DNA of 64,000 bases from an uncultured Acidimicrobiaceae bacterium (GTDB taxonomy: Bacteria; Actinomycetota; Acidimicrobiia; Acidimicrobiales; Ilumatobacteraceae), in NCBI GenBank assembly GCA_903934195.1, contig CAIZMV010000034.1:2419-66418 (forward strand), read 5' to 3'. The stretch's first letter is position 1. Every line of letters begins with the position of its first letter. The notes below the pieces were generated by a model. It saw nothing but the letters and a program-made list of their open reading frames with translations. It was not told where the DNA came from and did no database searches. The translations under genes and the position numbers were made by a program. Below are positions 47,610 to 57,029 of the stretch, in pieces.

Positions 47610-49484
47610 ATGACGGTTGAACGACCAACGGCGGGTTCGGTTCCAACGTCTCCAGGGTCATATCAATTCAAAGATGAGCTAGGCCGAGTGATCTATGTAG
47701 GCAAGGCATCGAATTTGCGTACACGAGTGTCCAATTATTTTCAGGATATTTCGCAGTTACACCCCCGAACCGCCGCCATGGTCACTGCTGCGCATTCTCT
47801 TGAGTGGATAGAGGTGCGTAATGAAGTTGAAGCATTGATTCTTGAGTACTCGCTTATTAAACAGCATCGACCTCGGTTCAATGTCCGGTTGCGCGATGAC
47901 AAGAGCTATCCGTTTTTGGCTGTGACGATGGATGAAGAGTGGCCACGTGCTGTTGTGATGCGAGGAGTTCGTAAGAAGGGCACACGCTATTTCGGGCCGT
48001 ATCCGCATGCTTGGGCAATTCGCGACACCCTTGACTTGCTGTTGCGCACCTTCCCGGTTCGTACGTGCAGTCAATCGAAATTCAATACCCACAACAAATT
48101 GGGTAAACCCTGTCTGCTGTTTCACATTGAGAAGTGCTCAGGGCCCTGCGTTGGAGAAGTTTCTGATACTGCGTACGCCGAATACGTAAAACAACTGTGT
48201 GCATTCCTAGATGGCGACACCGATTCAGTAGTCCTGCAGCTCCGTTCTGAAATGCTGGAAGCTTCCAAGAACATGGAATACGAAAAGGCTGGTCGAATTC
48301 GTGACCGACTCAGTGGCGTTGAACGTGCATTAGAGAAGCAACAAATGGTCGGGGAATGTGATGAAGATCTCGATGTGATTGGGCTTGTTGACGATGAACT
48401 GGAAGCTGCGGTGCAGGTGTTTTATGTGCGTAAGGGGCGAGTTGTTGGTCGAAAGGGTTTCATTCTTGACAAGGTGGAAGATTTGACGCCTGGTGGCTTG
48501 ATTGATCGAATACTTGAAGAGATGTACGGAGACGAGCCAGCACTGGGTATTCCGTCACAAGTTCTTGTTCCGGTAATTCCAGATGATGCATCAACATACA
48601 CGGAGTGGTTAACACACCTACGCGGTTCCAATGTTCAGATTCGTGTTCCGCAACGCGGAGATAAACGCGAGCTTCATGAAACAGTCACCGTTAATGCGAG
48701 AGAAGAATTCGCACGACATCGCTTACGTCGCGCGTCTGATCACAACTCTCGAAGTCAGGCATTGACGGAGCTGCAGCAGTTGCTAGATCTTCCAATAGCG
48801 CCATTGCGTATTGAGTGCTACGACATGGCCCACCTGCACGGAACTGACTATGTGGGCTCCATGGTGGTGCTTGAAGACGGTATTCCGAACAAGCGTGAGT
48901 ATCGCCGTTTCGGCGTAAAAGAAGTGATTGGGAATGATGATTACGCAGCGATGAGAGAAGTCCTCACGCGTCGCCTTCAGGCGTATCTGGATTCGCGGAA
49001 TGCACCGGCTCTGGAAGAAGGCGGGAAGCCCTCCAAATTCTCGTATCCACCACAATTGCTCTTGGTTGATGGTGGCAAGGGGCAGCTGGGTGTCGCAATC
49101 CAGGTGTTGGAAGAACTCGGACTAACAGATGAGATTCCTGTTGCGTCTCTTGCAAAGAAGTTCGAGGAGGTATTTGTACCTGGTCGTCAAGAACCAATCA
49201 TTATTCCTAGGGGCAGTGAAGCTCTTTTCATGTTGCAACGAGTGCGCGATGAAGCACATCGCTTTGCAAACACGTTTCACAGAGAACTGCGAGGCAAGCG
49301 AATGATCTCATCTCAGTTGGATGGCATTCCAGGACTTGGTGAGGTGCGAGCAAAACGTCTTGTGAAAGAAATGAAAGGTGTCAATGCTGTGAAGAATGCT
49401 TCACGCGAAGATTTAGCCTTGCTGTCGTGGCTGCCCGCTGCAGTTGCCGATGCCATTCACTCTCATTTTCATCCTGACATCTAG
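47610..49484 (+). CDS. uvrC: Excinuclease ABC subunit C
   Basis: GIY-YIG N-terminus (GSYQFKDELGRVIYVGKA). UVR domain (YEKAGRIRDRL). C-terminal HhH region. Starts 2 nt after the uvrA stop. Confidence 0.93.
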   Translation: MTVERPTAGSVPTSPGSYQFKDELGRVIYVGKASNLRTRVSNYFQDISQLHPRTAAMVTAAHSLEWIEVRNEVEALILEYSLIKQHRPRFNVRLRDDKSYPFLAVTMDEEWPRAVVMRGVRKKGTRYFGPYPHAWAIRDTLDLLLRTFPVRTCSQSKFNTHNKLGKPCLLFHIEKCSGPCVGEVSDTAYAEYVKQLCAFLDGDTDSVVLQLRSEMLEASKNMEYEKAGRIRDRLSGVERALEKQQMVGECDEDLDVIGLVDDELEAAVQVFYVRKGRVVGRKGFILDKVEDLTPGGLIDRILEEMYGDEPALGIPSQVLVPVIPDDASTYTEWLTHLRGSNVQIRVPQRGDKRELHETVTVNAREEFARHRLRRASDHNSRSQALTELQQLLDLPIAPLRIECYDMAHLHGTDYVGSMVVLEDGIPNKREYRRFGVKEVIGNDDYAAMREVLTRRLQAYLDSRNAPALEEGGKPSKFSYPPQLLLVDGGKGQLGVAIQVLEELGLTDEIPVASLAKKFEEVFVPGRQEPIIIPRGSEALFMLQRVRDEAHRFANTFHRELRGKRMISSQLDGIPGLGEVRAKRLVKEMKGVNAVKNASREDLALLSWLPAAVADAIHSHFHPDI

Positions 49485-49493
49485 TGTGTAGAG

Positions 49494-50219
49494 ATGAGTG
49501 ACAACGGTTTATGGGATGAACACGCCCAATGGTGGATCGATGGATTCACTGACGGCGCTGACCCTGAATATGTTGAGCAGATTATTCCGCTGGCCGTTGA
49601 AGAGTTGGCTGGTCGACACAAGGTTCTTGATCTTGGTTGCGGCGACGGACAAATAGCCCGTGCGTTGGCCGCCCAAGGATCTGATGTTCTTGGTGTCGAC
49701 CCTACGCAATTACATATAGATGTAGCAATCGAACGTGGCGGAGGGCCTCGATACGTTCTTGGTGGCGCTACAAAGATTCCTGCCGATGACGAGTCCTTTG
49801 ATGCAGTAGTTGCGTGTCTGGTGTTTGAGCACATTGACCAGATGGACGAAGCAATGACTGAAGTGGCACGAGTGTTGAAACCGCACGGCCAGTTCAGTTT
49901 CTTTCTGAATCATCCGTTGTTGCAGACTCCTGGAAGTGGCTGGATAGACGACCACATCATTGATCCGCCGGAACAGTATTGGCGAATAGGTCCATATCTC
50001 GTAGAGACAGAGTCGATAGAGGAAGTTGAAAAGGATGTGTACATCAGGTTCATCCATCGGCCTCTCAGCCGGTATGTCAATGCGCTTCTTGCTAATGGAA
50101 TGAATCTTGAACGCATGGTGGAACCGTCGCCACCTGCTGGTTTTCTAGCCCGAGCACCTGAGTATGCATTGGCTCATACCGTTCCCCGTTTGTTGTATCT
50201 GCGTTCAACCAAGCATTAA
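49494..50219 (+). CDS. Class I SAM-dependent methyltransferase
   Basis: Motif I VLDLGCGDGQ. FDAVVACLVFEHI post-I/II region. Confidence 0.8.
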   Translation: MSDNGLWDEHAQWWIDGFTDGADPEYVEQIIPLAVEELAGRHKVLDLGCGDGQIARALAAQGSDVLGVDPTQLHIDVAIERGGGPRYVLGGATKIPADDESFDAVVACLVFEHIDQMDEAMTEVARVLKPHGQFSFFLNHPLLQTPGSGWIDDHIIDPPEQYWRIGPYLVETESIEEVEKDVYIRFIHRPLSRYVNALLANGMNLERMVEPSPPAGFLARAPEYALAHTVPRLLYLRSTKH

Positions 50220-50242
50220 CTTTCAGCCTGTAGCCTTCGCAT

Positions 50243-51097
50243 ATGACTGACATCCTCGTTGTGACGGGACTCTCAGGTGGCGGGCGTTCGCAGGCCGCTG
50301 ACAGCCTGGAAGACATGGGCTGGTTTGTCGTCGACAACCTACCGGTGGTGTTGATCGACAAAGTTGTTGAACTTTCTGGGGAGGCCGGGGGCGAGATCAA
50401 CAAATTGTGTCTGGTGGTTGGTAACGCTCGCCAGCAAGCAGGCATTCTTGGCGCAATTGACACTCTGCGTGCGGAGGGCCACCGAGTAAGAATTGTCTTT
50501 CTAGAAGCAACTACTCGCGAATTGGTACGCCGCTACGAAGCGACTCGTCGTAAACATCCGTTAAGTGATGGAAGTCTCGGGCTGGAAGAAGTCATTGAGC
50601 GTGAGCGTGGTGCTATTGGTGAAGTGAAAGCAGCAGCCGACATCGTTATCGATACAACTGGTCTCAACGTTCATCAATTGAAGAGTCAATTGTCTTCGCT
50701 GTTTGGCACTGAGGACATCAAGGACTCCCTGCAAGTTTCAGTAACTTCATTTGGTTTCAAGCATGGTGTTCCGATTGACGTGGACATGATTCTGGATGTG
50801 CGATTCCTGCCAAACCCTCATTGGGATGAAGAACTGCGCCCTCTCAGCGGCCTCGACCAGCCAGTTAAGGACTATGTGTTGAAGTCGCCGTTGGCCTCTG
50901 ATTTTTCCGAGAGAGTAAACAGCCTCCTCGAATTGATTCTGCCGGCGTATGTGCAAGAGGGCAGGAGCTATCTGACCATCGGAATCGGATGTACTGGCGG
51001 TAGGCACAGATCTGTTGCTTTGGCTGGCCATATTGCCGAGCGAATTGCTCAGATGGGCTACAAATTGCGCGTCACCCACCGCGATATCAGCCTCTAG
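50243..51097 (+). CDS. rapZ: RNase adapter protein RapZ (YvcJ family P-loop NTPase)
   Basis: VTGLSGGGRS P-loop. C-terminal IGCTGGRHRSV motif. Confidence 0.9.
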   Translation: MTDILVVTGLSGGGRSQAADSLEDMGWFVVDNLPVVLIDKVVELSGEAGGEINKLCLVVGNARQQAGILGAIDTLRAEGHRVRIVFLEATTRELVRRYEATRRKHPLSDGSLGLEEVIERERGAIGEVKAAADIVIDTTGLNVHQLKSQLSSLFGTEDIKDSLQVSVTSFGFKHGVPIDVDMILDVRFLPNPHWDEELRPLSGLDQPVKDYVLKSPLASDFSERVNSLLELILPAYVQEGRSYLTIGIGCTGGRHRSVALAGHIAERIAQMGYKLRVTHRDISL

Positions 51098-51147
51098 AGG
51101 GTTCGCACATTGAGCGGGCACCCGTCGTGCGAGGGTGGCGAACTAAG

Positions 51148-51179
51148 GTGGGATGCGGTTCACCTTGCGTGAACCCCAC
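51148..51179 (+). promoter_or_regulatory. Stem-loop in the gap 5' leader (GGTTCAC-cttgc-GTGAACC core, flanked by GTGG/CCAC)
   Basis: Perfect 7-bp inverted repeat read directly at 51157..51175, extendable with a bulge. No U-tract follows. It ends ~25 nt upstream of the gap GTG. Confidence 0.35.
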
Positions 51180-51203
51180 GATTCTTGGTGAAAGGACCAC
51201 ATT

Positions 51204-52202
51204 GTGACTGTACGCGTTGGTATTAACGGATTTGGTCGTATCGGCCGTAACTTCTTTCGGGCAATTGCTGCTCGCGGTGCTGATATCGAGATTGTCGCAG
51301 TTAATGATCTCGGATCATTAAAGACAATGGCTCACCTTCTGAAGTACGACTCGGTGCTTGGTGTTCTGCCGAACACGATTGAAGCAGTCGACGGCGGAAT
51401 CAGCATTGACGGAAAAGTCTTGAAGGTACTTACTGAGCGTGACCCAAAGGCTCTTCCATGGGGTGCGTTAGGAGTTGACCTCGTTATTGAGTCAACGGGT
51501 ATCTTCACTGACCGCGACAAAGCAGCAATGCATCTTGAAGGTGGAGCTCCGTTGGTCATAGTCAGTGCACCGTCAAACGGCGCAGATGCCACCATCGTGT
51601 ACGGCGTTAACCAGAATGACTTCAAGCGCGGCACTCACAAAGTGATCTCAAATGCCAGCTGCACAACCAACTGTTTCGTGCCAATGGTAAAAGTCCTTGA
51701 CGATGCGTTCGGTGTGGAAAACGGATTGATGACCACAATTCATGCATACACCGGTGATCAATCTTTGGTCGATGGTCCTCACAGTGATCTTCGTCGTGCT
51801 CGCGGGGCTGCTATCAATATCGTGCCTACCAGCACCGGCGCAGCGCGGGCTACAAGCCTTGTTCTTGAATCAATGAAGGGCAAGCTTGACGGAACTTCAT
51901 TGCGCGTGCCTGTTCCCACCGGATCAATCACAGACTTCGTGGCGAACTTGAAGAAGCCAGCATCAGTCGAAGAAATCAACGCAGCCTTCAAGGCGGCAGC
52001 TTCTGGCCCGCTGAAGGGAATTCTGGAATACACCGATGCGCCAATCGTCTCGAGCGACATTGTGACTAACTCGCATTCGTGCATCTTCGATAGCGACCTG
52101 ACAATGAGCATGGGCTCCTTGGTGAAGGTTCTTGGTTGGTATGACAACGAGTGGGGTTATTCGAACCGCCTGGTCGACCTCACCTTGCACGTAACTAAGT
52201 AG
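51204..52202 (+). CDS. gap: Type I glyceraldehyde-3-phosphate dehydrogenase
   Basis: INGFGRIGRN and SNASCTTNC motifs. GTG start with an upstream GAAAGGA. Confidence 0.95.
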   Translation: MTVRVGINGFGRIGRNFFRAIAARGADIEIVAVNDLGSLKTMAHLLKYDSVLGVLPNTIEAVDGGISIDGKVLKVLTERDPKALPWGALGVDLVIESTGIFTDRDKAAMHLEGGAPLVIVSAPSNGADATIVYGVNQNDFKRGTHKVISNASCTTNCFVPMVKVLDDAFGVENGLMTTIHAYTGDQSLVDGPHSDLRRARGAAINIVPTSTGAARATSLVLESMKGKLDGTSLRVPVPTGSITDFVANLKKPASVEEINAAFKAAASGPLKGILEYTDAPIVSSDIVTNSHSCIFDSDLTMSMGSLVKVLGWYDNEWGYSNRLVDLTLHVTK

Positions 52203-52211
52203 GCACAGCAA

Positions 52212-53327
52212 ATGGCACGTGTCCCAGTACTTGAGGACCTCGGAGATGTCGCTGGAAAGCGGGTTCTCGTCCGTACGGATTTCAACGTTCCGATGAACGG
52301 CCCGGACAACGCACGCGAAATATCAGACGATTTTCGCATTCGCGCAGCTTTGCCAACTATTGAATGGTTGACAAGCAGGGGAGCCACTGTCGTTTGTGCA
52401 AGTCATCTCGGACGCCCGAAAGGTAGCCCAGAAGCCAAGTATTCAATGGAGCCCGTTAGGCGTCGCCTTGCGGAACTTGCACCGGGCGTTGAACTACAAG
52501 AGAATTTGCGTTTCAACACTGGCGAAGAAGGCAATTCCCCTGAGTTTGTTGCAAGCCTTGTGAAGGGTATTGACATGTATGTCAATGATGCATTTGGAGC
52601 AGCGCATCGCTCTCATGCATCAATCGTTGGGCCTCCACGCACTTTGCCGTCGGCTGCTGGACGACTACTTGAACGTGAAGTTGAGATCTTGGGTTCCCTA
52701 CGTGAATCTCCGAAGCGTCCGTTTGTTGCGGTACTCGGTGGTGCAAAAGTAAGCGACAAGATTGGTGTGATTGAAGCCCTTTTGCGTGTTGTTGATTCAC
52801 TAGTGATTGGTGGAGGAATGTGCTTTACATTTCTTGCTGCTAAGGGCTATCCAGTCGGTGATTCTCTATGCGAACTCGATCAGATTGCTACATGTAAGAA
52901 ATTGCTTGAGAATCCAAAACCTATTTACTTGCCAGAGGACATCAACGGACTCGATGCAAGTGGACAGTTTGCTTCGTACGGAGTTCGCCTGCCTGATGGG
53001 GCTAAGGGATTAGACATTGGGCCCGGAACTGCAGGGGCGTTTACTGACGTAATCATGGATGCTCGTACGGTTTTCTGGAATGGTCCGATGGGTATGTTCG
53101 AAGATGCTCGGTTTGCGGCCGGAACTCGCACTGTTGCAGAGGCCATGGCAGCTACGAAGGCTTTCACAGTGGTTGGTGGCGGTGACAGTGCCGCTGCACT
53201 AGCAACTTTTGATCTTGATGATCAGATCGATCATGTTTCCACCGGTGGTGGAGCATCATTAGAACTTCTTGAGTTGGGCGACTTGCCTGGCTTGGCTGCA
53301 CTGAGAGGCGCCCCGAATGTCAAATAA
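52212..53327 (+). CDS. pgk: Phosphoglycerate kinase (short, 371 aa)
   Basis: GKRVLVRTDFNVP N-terminus. STGGGASLE C-terminal motif. Confidence 0.93.
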   Translation: MARVPVLEDLGDVAGKRVLVRTDFNVPMNGPDNAREISDDFRIRAALPTIEWLTSRGATVVCASHLGRPKGSPEAKYSMEPVRRRLAELAPGVELQENLRFNTGEEGNSPEFVASLVKGIDMYVNDAFGAAHRSHASIVGPPRTLPSAAGRLLEREVEILGSLRESPKRPFVAVLGGAKVSDKIGVIEALLRVVDSLVIGGGMCFTFLAAKGYPVGDSLCELDQIATCKKLLENPKPIYLPEDINGLDASGQFASYGVRLPDGAKGLDIGPGTAGAFTDVIMDARTVFWNGPMGMFEDARFAAGTRTVAEAMAATKAFTVVGGGDSAAALATFDLDDQIDHVSTGGGASLELLELGDLPGLAALRGAPNVK

Positions 53328-54111
53328 CTCACGTAGACCGCTCATTAGCGGTAACTGGAAGATGAACCAGAATCATTACGAAGCAATCCAGTGTCTCCAG
53401 AAGTTGGCGTACTTGGTTGGCAAAGACGATTTCGCAACCGTGGACGTAAGCATTCATGCTCCGTTTACTGATATCCGAAGTGTCCAGACTTTGATAGACG
53501 CCGACGACTTGAAGTTCTTACTGGGGGCTCAACATTGTTATTTCGAGGACAAGGGAGCTTTTACGGGCGAAGTTGCTCCTGCCTTCCTCGCAAAGCTTGG
53601 GGTGAAGTATGTGATATGTGGTCACAGCGAGCGTCGGGAATTGTTTGCTGAAACCGATGAGCTTGTGCAGAAGAAAGTTTCAGCAATTCTTGCGAACAAG
53701 ATGATTCCGATTCTGTGTGTAGGTGAAACTTTGGCAGAACGAGAAGCGAAAGAGACTCTTACAAAGGTTCTTGGCCAGTTACGGGCAGGTCTTGCAAAGG
53801 TAACTCCGGAACAAGCTGCAACACTCGTCGTTGCGTACGAACCTATTTGGGCTATTGGTACAGGCAAGACTGCGACAACTGCCGACGCGCAAGAAGTGTG
53901 TCATGCCATTCGCCAGGAAATTGTTGTGTTGTTTGGTGCAGAGACTGCTGCTGCTATTCGTATTCAGTACGGCGGCTCAGTAAAGGCGGCTAACATCGCA
54001 GAGTTAATGAGGCAGACCGATATCGATGGTGCATTAGTGGGCGGTGCAAGCCTTGACCCTGATGAGTTCGCACGCATTGTTCAATACCGTCTGCACGAAG
54101 AGGCACAATGA
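53317..54111 (+). CDS. tpiA: Triosephosphate isomerase
   Basis: GNWKMN, CGHSERR and AYEPIWAIGTG motifs. Confidence 0.95.
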   Translation: MSNNSRRPLISGNWKMNQNHYEAIQCLQKLAYLVGKDDFATVDVSIHAPFTDIRSVQTLIDADDLKFLLGAQHCYFEDKGAFTGEVAPAFLAKLGVKYVICGHSERRELFAETDELVQKKVSAILANKMIPILCVGETLAEREAKETLTKVLGQLRAGLAKVTPEQAATLVVAYEPIWAIGTGKTATTADAQEVCHAIRQEIVVLFGAETAAAIRIQYGGSVKAANIAELMRQTDIDGALVGGASLDPDEFARIVQYRLHEEAQ

Positions 54112-55106
54112 CCTCAACAATCGATTCTGTTCGTGAAGATGGCGTATCGCCGACTTCTACAGAGTCGATCGTAGGTAAATCACCGCGTGAACTTGCGTGG
54201 GCAAGAATGTCACGAGACAAAGTGTCGTTGTTCGCTCTTGGCATAATCATCACGTATCTCTTGGTTGCCGCTCTTGCCCCTGTTATTTGCGCGGTCTTAG
54301 GAATCAGCCCGTACGCACTTGATGGAGATGCCCTCAATGACTATGGCTTACCAAAAGGTGCCTTCGGTGGAATTTCAACGGAGCACTGGCTCGGTGTGGA
54401 ACCAGGAACAGGCCGTGACATTTTCGCGAGGCTTATTTACGGAGCACGTGCATCACTGATGGTAGGAATTCTCGCCACTCTGTTGACTACCACGATTGGT
54501 CTTGTCATCGGCGTGGTGGCTGGTTACAAGCGAGGTTGGGTCGATTCCATCATCGGCAGATTCATGGATGTCACGCTCGCTTTTCCATCGTTCTTGTTGA
54601 TCATTGCTCTCACGAGGCCCTTTACCCAGCGTTTGGAGTCACTAGGAGTTCCCGAGGGTAACCCAGCGCGAATGACGTACATCATTTTGGTGCTCGGAAC
54701 ATTTGGTTGGGTGTACGTAGCTCGCGTTGTGCGTGGACAAACCCTGTCACTTCGTGAACGTGAGTTTGTAGAGGCAGCTAAAGCTAGTGGTGCGACAAAC
54801 CGACACATCATCTTCAAGCAACTATTGCCGAATCTTTGGGCACCAGTCATCGTGATTGTGTCACTGAGCCTTCCTGGTTATGTAGCCACAGAGTCGACCT
54901 TGTCATTCCTTGGCCTTGGACTCATGCAACCTGCTGCATCGTGGGGAGTCATGTTGGGGGACTCTGTTCGTTACTACAGGGCTGATCCCACCTATCTTTT
55001 TATTCCGGGCATCGCGTTAGTGCTGCTGGTAATGGCTTTTAATCTCGTCGGCGATGCTGTTAGGGATGCCTTAGACCCGAAGGCGGATCGACAGAATCTC
55101 CTGTAA
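54108..55106 (+). CDS. Peptide/nickel ABC transporter permease (DppC/OppC type)
   Basis: OppC-type N-terminal region, then a BPD-transporter core. Its ATG overlaps the tpiA stop (ATGA). Confidence 0.85.
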   Translation: MTSTIDSVREDGVSPTSTESIVGKSPRELAWARMSRDKVSLFALGIIITYLLVAALAPVICAVLGISPYALDGDALNDYGLPKGAFGGISTEHWLGVEPGTGRDIFARLIYGARASLMVGILATLLTTTIGLVIGVVAGYKRGWVDSIIGRFMDVTLAFPSFLLIIALTRPFTQRLESLGVPEGNPARMTYIILVLGTFGWVYVARVVRGQTLSLREREFVEAAKASGATNRHIIFKQLLPNLWAPVIVIVSLSLPGYVATESTLSFLGLGLMQPAASWGVMLGDSVRYYRADPTYLFIPGIALVLLVMAFNLVGDAVRDALDPKADRQNLL

Positions 55107-55221
55107 AAGCACGTGACTTTCCCTTGGGAATCAAGTTCATTCTTGAGTGTTCAGCCGCCGTTTGCTTTGGGGGTAGTGTTTTACATCTTGTTAAGACACA
55201 AGACATGAAGGGGAGAAAATC

Positions 55222-56940
55222 ATGAAACAGCGTCGTATTATCGCCGCAGTCGGTTTCGCTCTTGTTGCTTCAGTGGTCGCCGCAGCATGCGGTGGTAGCA
55301 GTGGTAGCGGAAGCGAAGGCGGCACGCCAACAAAGGGTGGAACTATCCACATTTTGTCAAGTGGTGAGCAGATTGCACACCTTGACCCGCAACGTAACTA
55401 CACAGGCGATGATCTCGCTTTTGCAGGTTCAACGATGCATCGCACACTCACTTCGTATGCGTACGCAGCCGGTGATGATGGTTCTGGCATAGTTCCAGAC
55501 CTTGCTACCGACCTTGGTACACATAATGAAGACGGAACAGTGTGGTCATTCACATTGCGTGATGGTGGAACCTTTGAAGATGGTTCTGAGATCACTTGTG
55601 CAGACGTGGCATATGGTGTGTCGCGTACCTGGGCCACAGACGTAATTACTGACGGACCTACATACGCATCGTCATATATTGATGCCGGTGATTACCCAGG
55701 CCCATACAAAGCAACTGCTGATCAGCAAGCTGCTTACGACAAAGCCGTTTCATGTGATGGAAAGACAATTACTTTCAATTTGAAAGTCCCTGTCGCAGAC
55801 TTTAACTACACCACAACTTTGCTTTCCTTTAGCCCAGTGCCAAAAGCAGCTGATACTGGTGAGAAGTACGACATGAAGCCTGTGTCATCTGGACCATACA
55901 AGATTGAGTCCTACACAATTGGTAAGTCTTTGGTTCTTGTTCGCAATGAAAATTGGAGCAAAGACTCAGACCCAGTGCGCAGTGCAAACCCAGATTCGTT
56001 TGTGTATGAATTCGGACTTGATGAAGCAGTCTTGGATGAGCGCATGATTAAGGATGCGGGCGATGATCAGTTCGCAGTTTCTGCTGGAATTCAGCCAGAG
56101 AACTTGCAAACAATCTTCGAAGACGATGCTTTCAAAGATCGCCGCGTTGACTATTACGATCCGTTCGTTACGTACACCAACTTGAACGTGAAGAACTTGT
56201 CTTGTGTCGAAATTCGTAAGGCCATTTATTTGGCTCTTGACCGAGACGCACTTCGTAAGGCCGGTGGCGGACCGTACACAGGTGACTTCGCAGACGGTTA
56301 CATCAAGCCAGCACTTGCGCTTGACTATAAGAAGTCAACATTGCCAGATGGCCTAAATGCTGATGGAACTGCAAACGTTGAAGCTGCTCAAGCAGCTATG
56401 ACAGCAGCAGAGACAGCATGTCCTGCAGTTGCAGCGCGCGCGAGAGATGGTCTGTCTTTCTACCGTCCAGCAACCCCAGTATGGGACAAGGCAGTAGCTA
56501 TCTGGATTGACTCACTTGGAAAAGTGGGAATCAAGTTGAAGGATGAGCCAGTAGAACCAAGTGTGTACTGGCCGACCGTTATGAACCCAGAAACTGACTA
56601 CGACATTGCTCGTGGTGGCTGGGCTCCTGACTGGGCAAATGCTTCAACAGTTATTCCAGAACTCTTCTCAACAGCTGGTGGCTTCAACCTCACCCGTAAC
56701 GCTGATGATCCTGACTATGCAGAATTCCAAGAAAAAGTGGATCTTGCTAAGAAGGAACTCGATCGCACGAAACAAGGTGTCATGTGGCAAGAGCTGAACC
56801 AGTATGTTGTTGATCGTTTGTGGGCGCTTCCTGGCACCTTTACAAAGGCTCAGAGCATTTGGGGTTCAAAGGTGGGCAATGCCTACCAATGGTCACCATT
56901 TGGGGCTTACAACTACGGAGATCTCTACGTTAAGTCGTAG
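55222..56940 (+). CDS. ABC transporter substrate-binding lipoprotein, family 5 (peptide/nickel)
   Basis: Signal peptide plus lipobox (VVAAACGGSSGSGSEGG). About 570 aa, typical of SBP family 5. Strong GAAGGGGAG SD. Confidence 0.85.
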   Translation: MKQRRIIAAVGFALVASVVAAACGGSSGSGSEGGTPTKGGTIHILSSGEQIAHLDPQRNYTGDDLAFAGSTMHRTLTSYAYAAGDDGSGIVPDLATDLGTHNEDGTVWSFTLRDGGTFEDGSEITCADVAYGVSRTWATDVITDGPTYASSYIDAGDYPGPYKATADQQAAYDKAVSCDGKTITFNLKVPVADFNYTTTLLSFSPVPKAADTGEKYDMKPVSSGPYKIESYTIGKSLVLVRNENWSKDSDPVRSANPDSFVYEFGLDEAVLDERMIKDAGDDQFAVSAGIQPENLQTIFEDDAFKDRRVDYYDPFVTYTNLNVKNLSCVEIRKAIYLALDRDALRKAGGGPYTGDFADGYIKPALALDYKKSTLPDGLNADGTANVEAAQAAMTAAETACPAVAARARDGLSFYRPATPVWDKAVAIWIDSLGKVGIKLKDEPVEPSVYWPTVMNPETDYDIARGGWAPDWANASTVIPELFSTAGGFNLTRNADDPDYAEFQEKVDLAKKELDRTKQGVMWQELNQYVVDRLWALPGTFTKAQSIWGSKVGNAYQWSPFGAYNYGDLYVKS

Positions 56941-56954
56941 GTAATTCACCTGGT

Positions 56955-56988
56955 AAAGGGGGTATCGGCTTTGGTCGGTGCCCCCTTT
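56955..56988 (+). promoter_or_regulatory. Intra-operon stem-loop after the SBP gene (AAAGGGGG...CCCCCTTT)
   Basis: 8-bp GC-rich perfect outer stem read directly, with an imperfect inner stem that includes G-U pairs. Followed by a weak T-containing tail (gctgtt). Lies between the SBP and permease genes. Confidence 0.45.
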
Positions 56989-57029
56989 GCTGTTGGTGTG
57001 TAGTTGAGAATTAGGGTGAAAGGGGTCTT

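Noticed and set aside
51148-51179. Rex-type operator in the gap leader
   Set aside because: The repeat is GTTCAC-N5-GTGAAC. The half-sites are in the opposite order to the Rex consensus (TGTGAAC...GTTCACA), so it is not the same palindrome. It is kept only as an unexplained stem-loop or inverted repeat.
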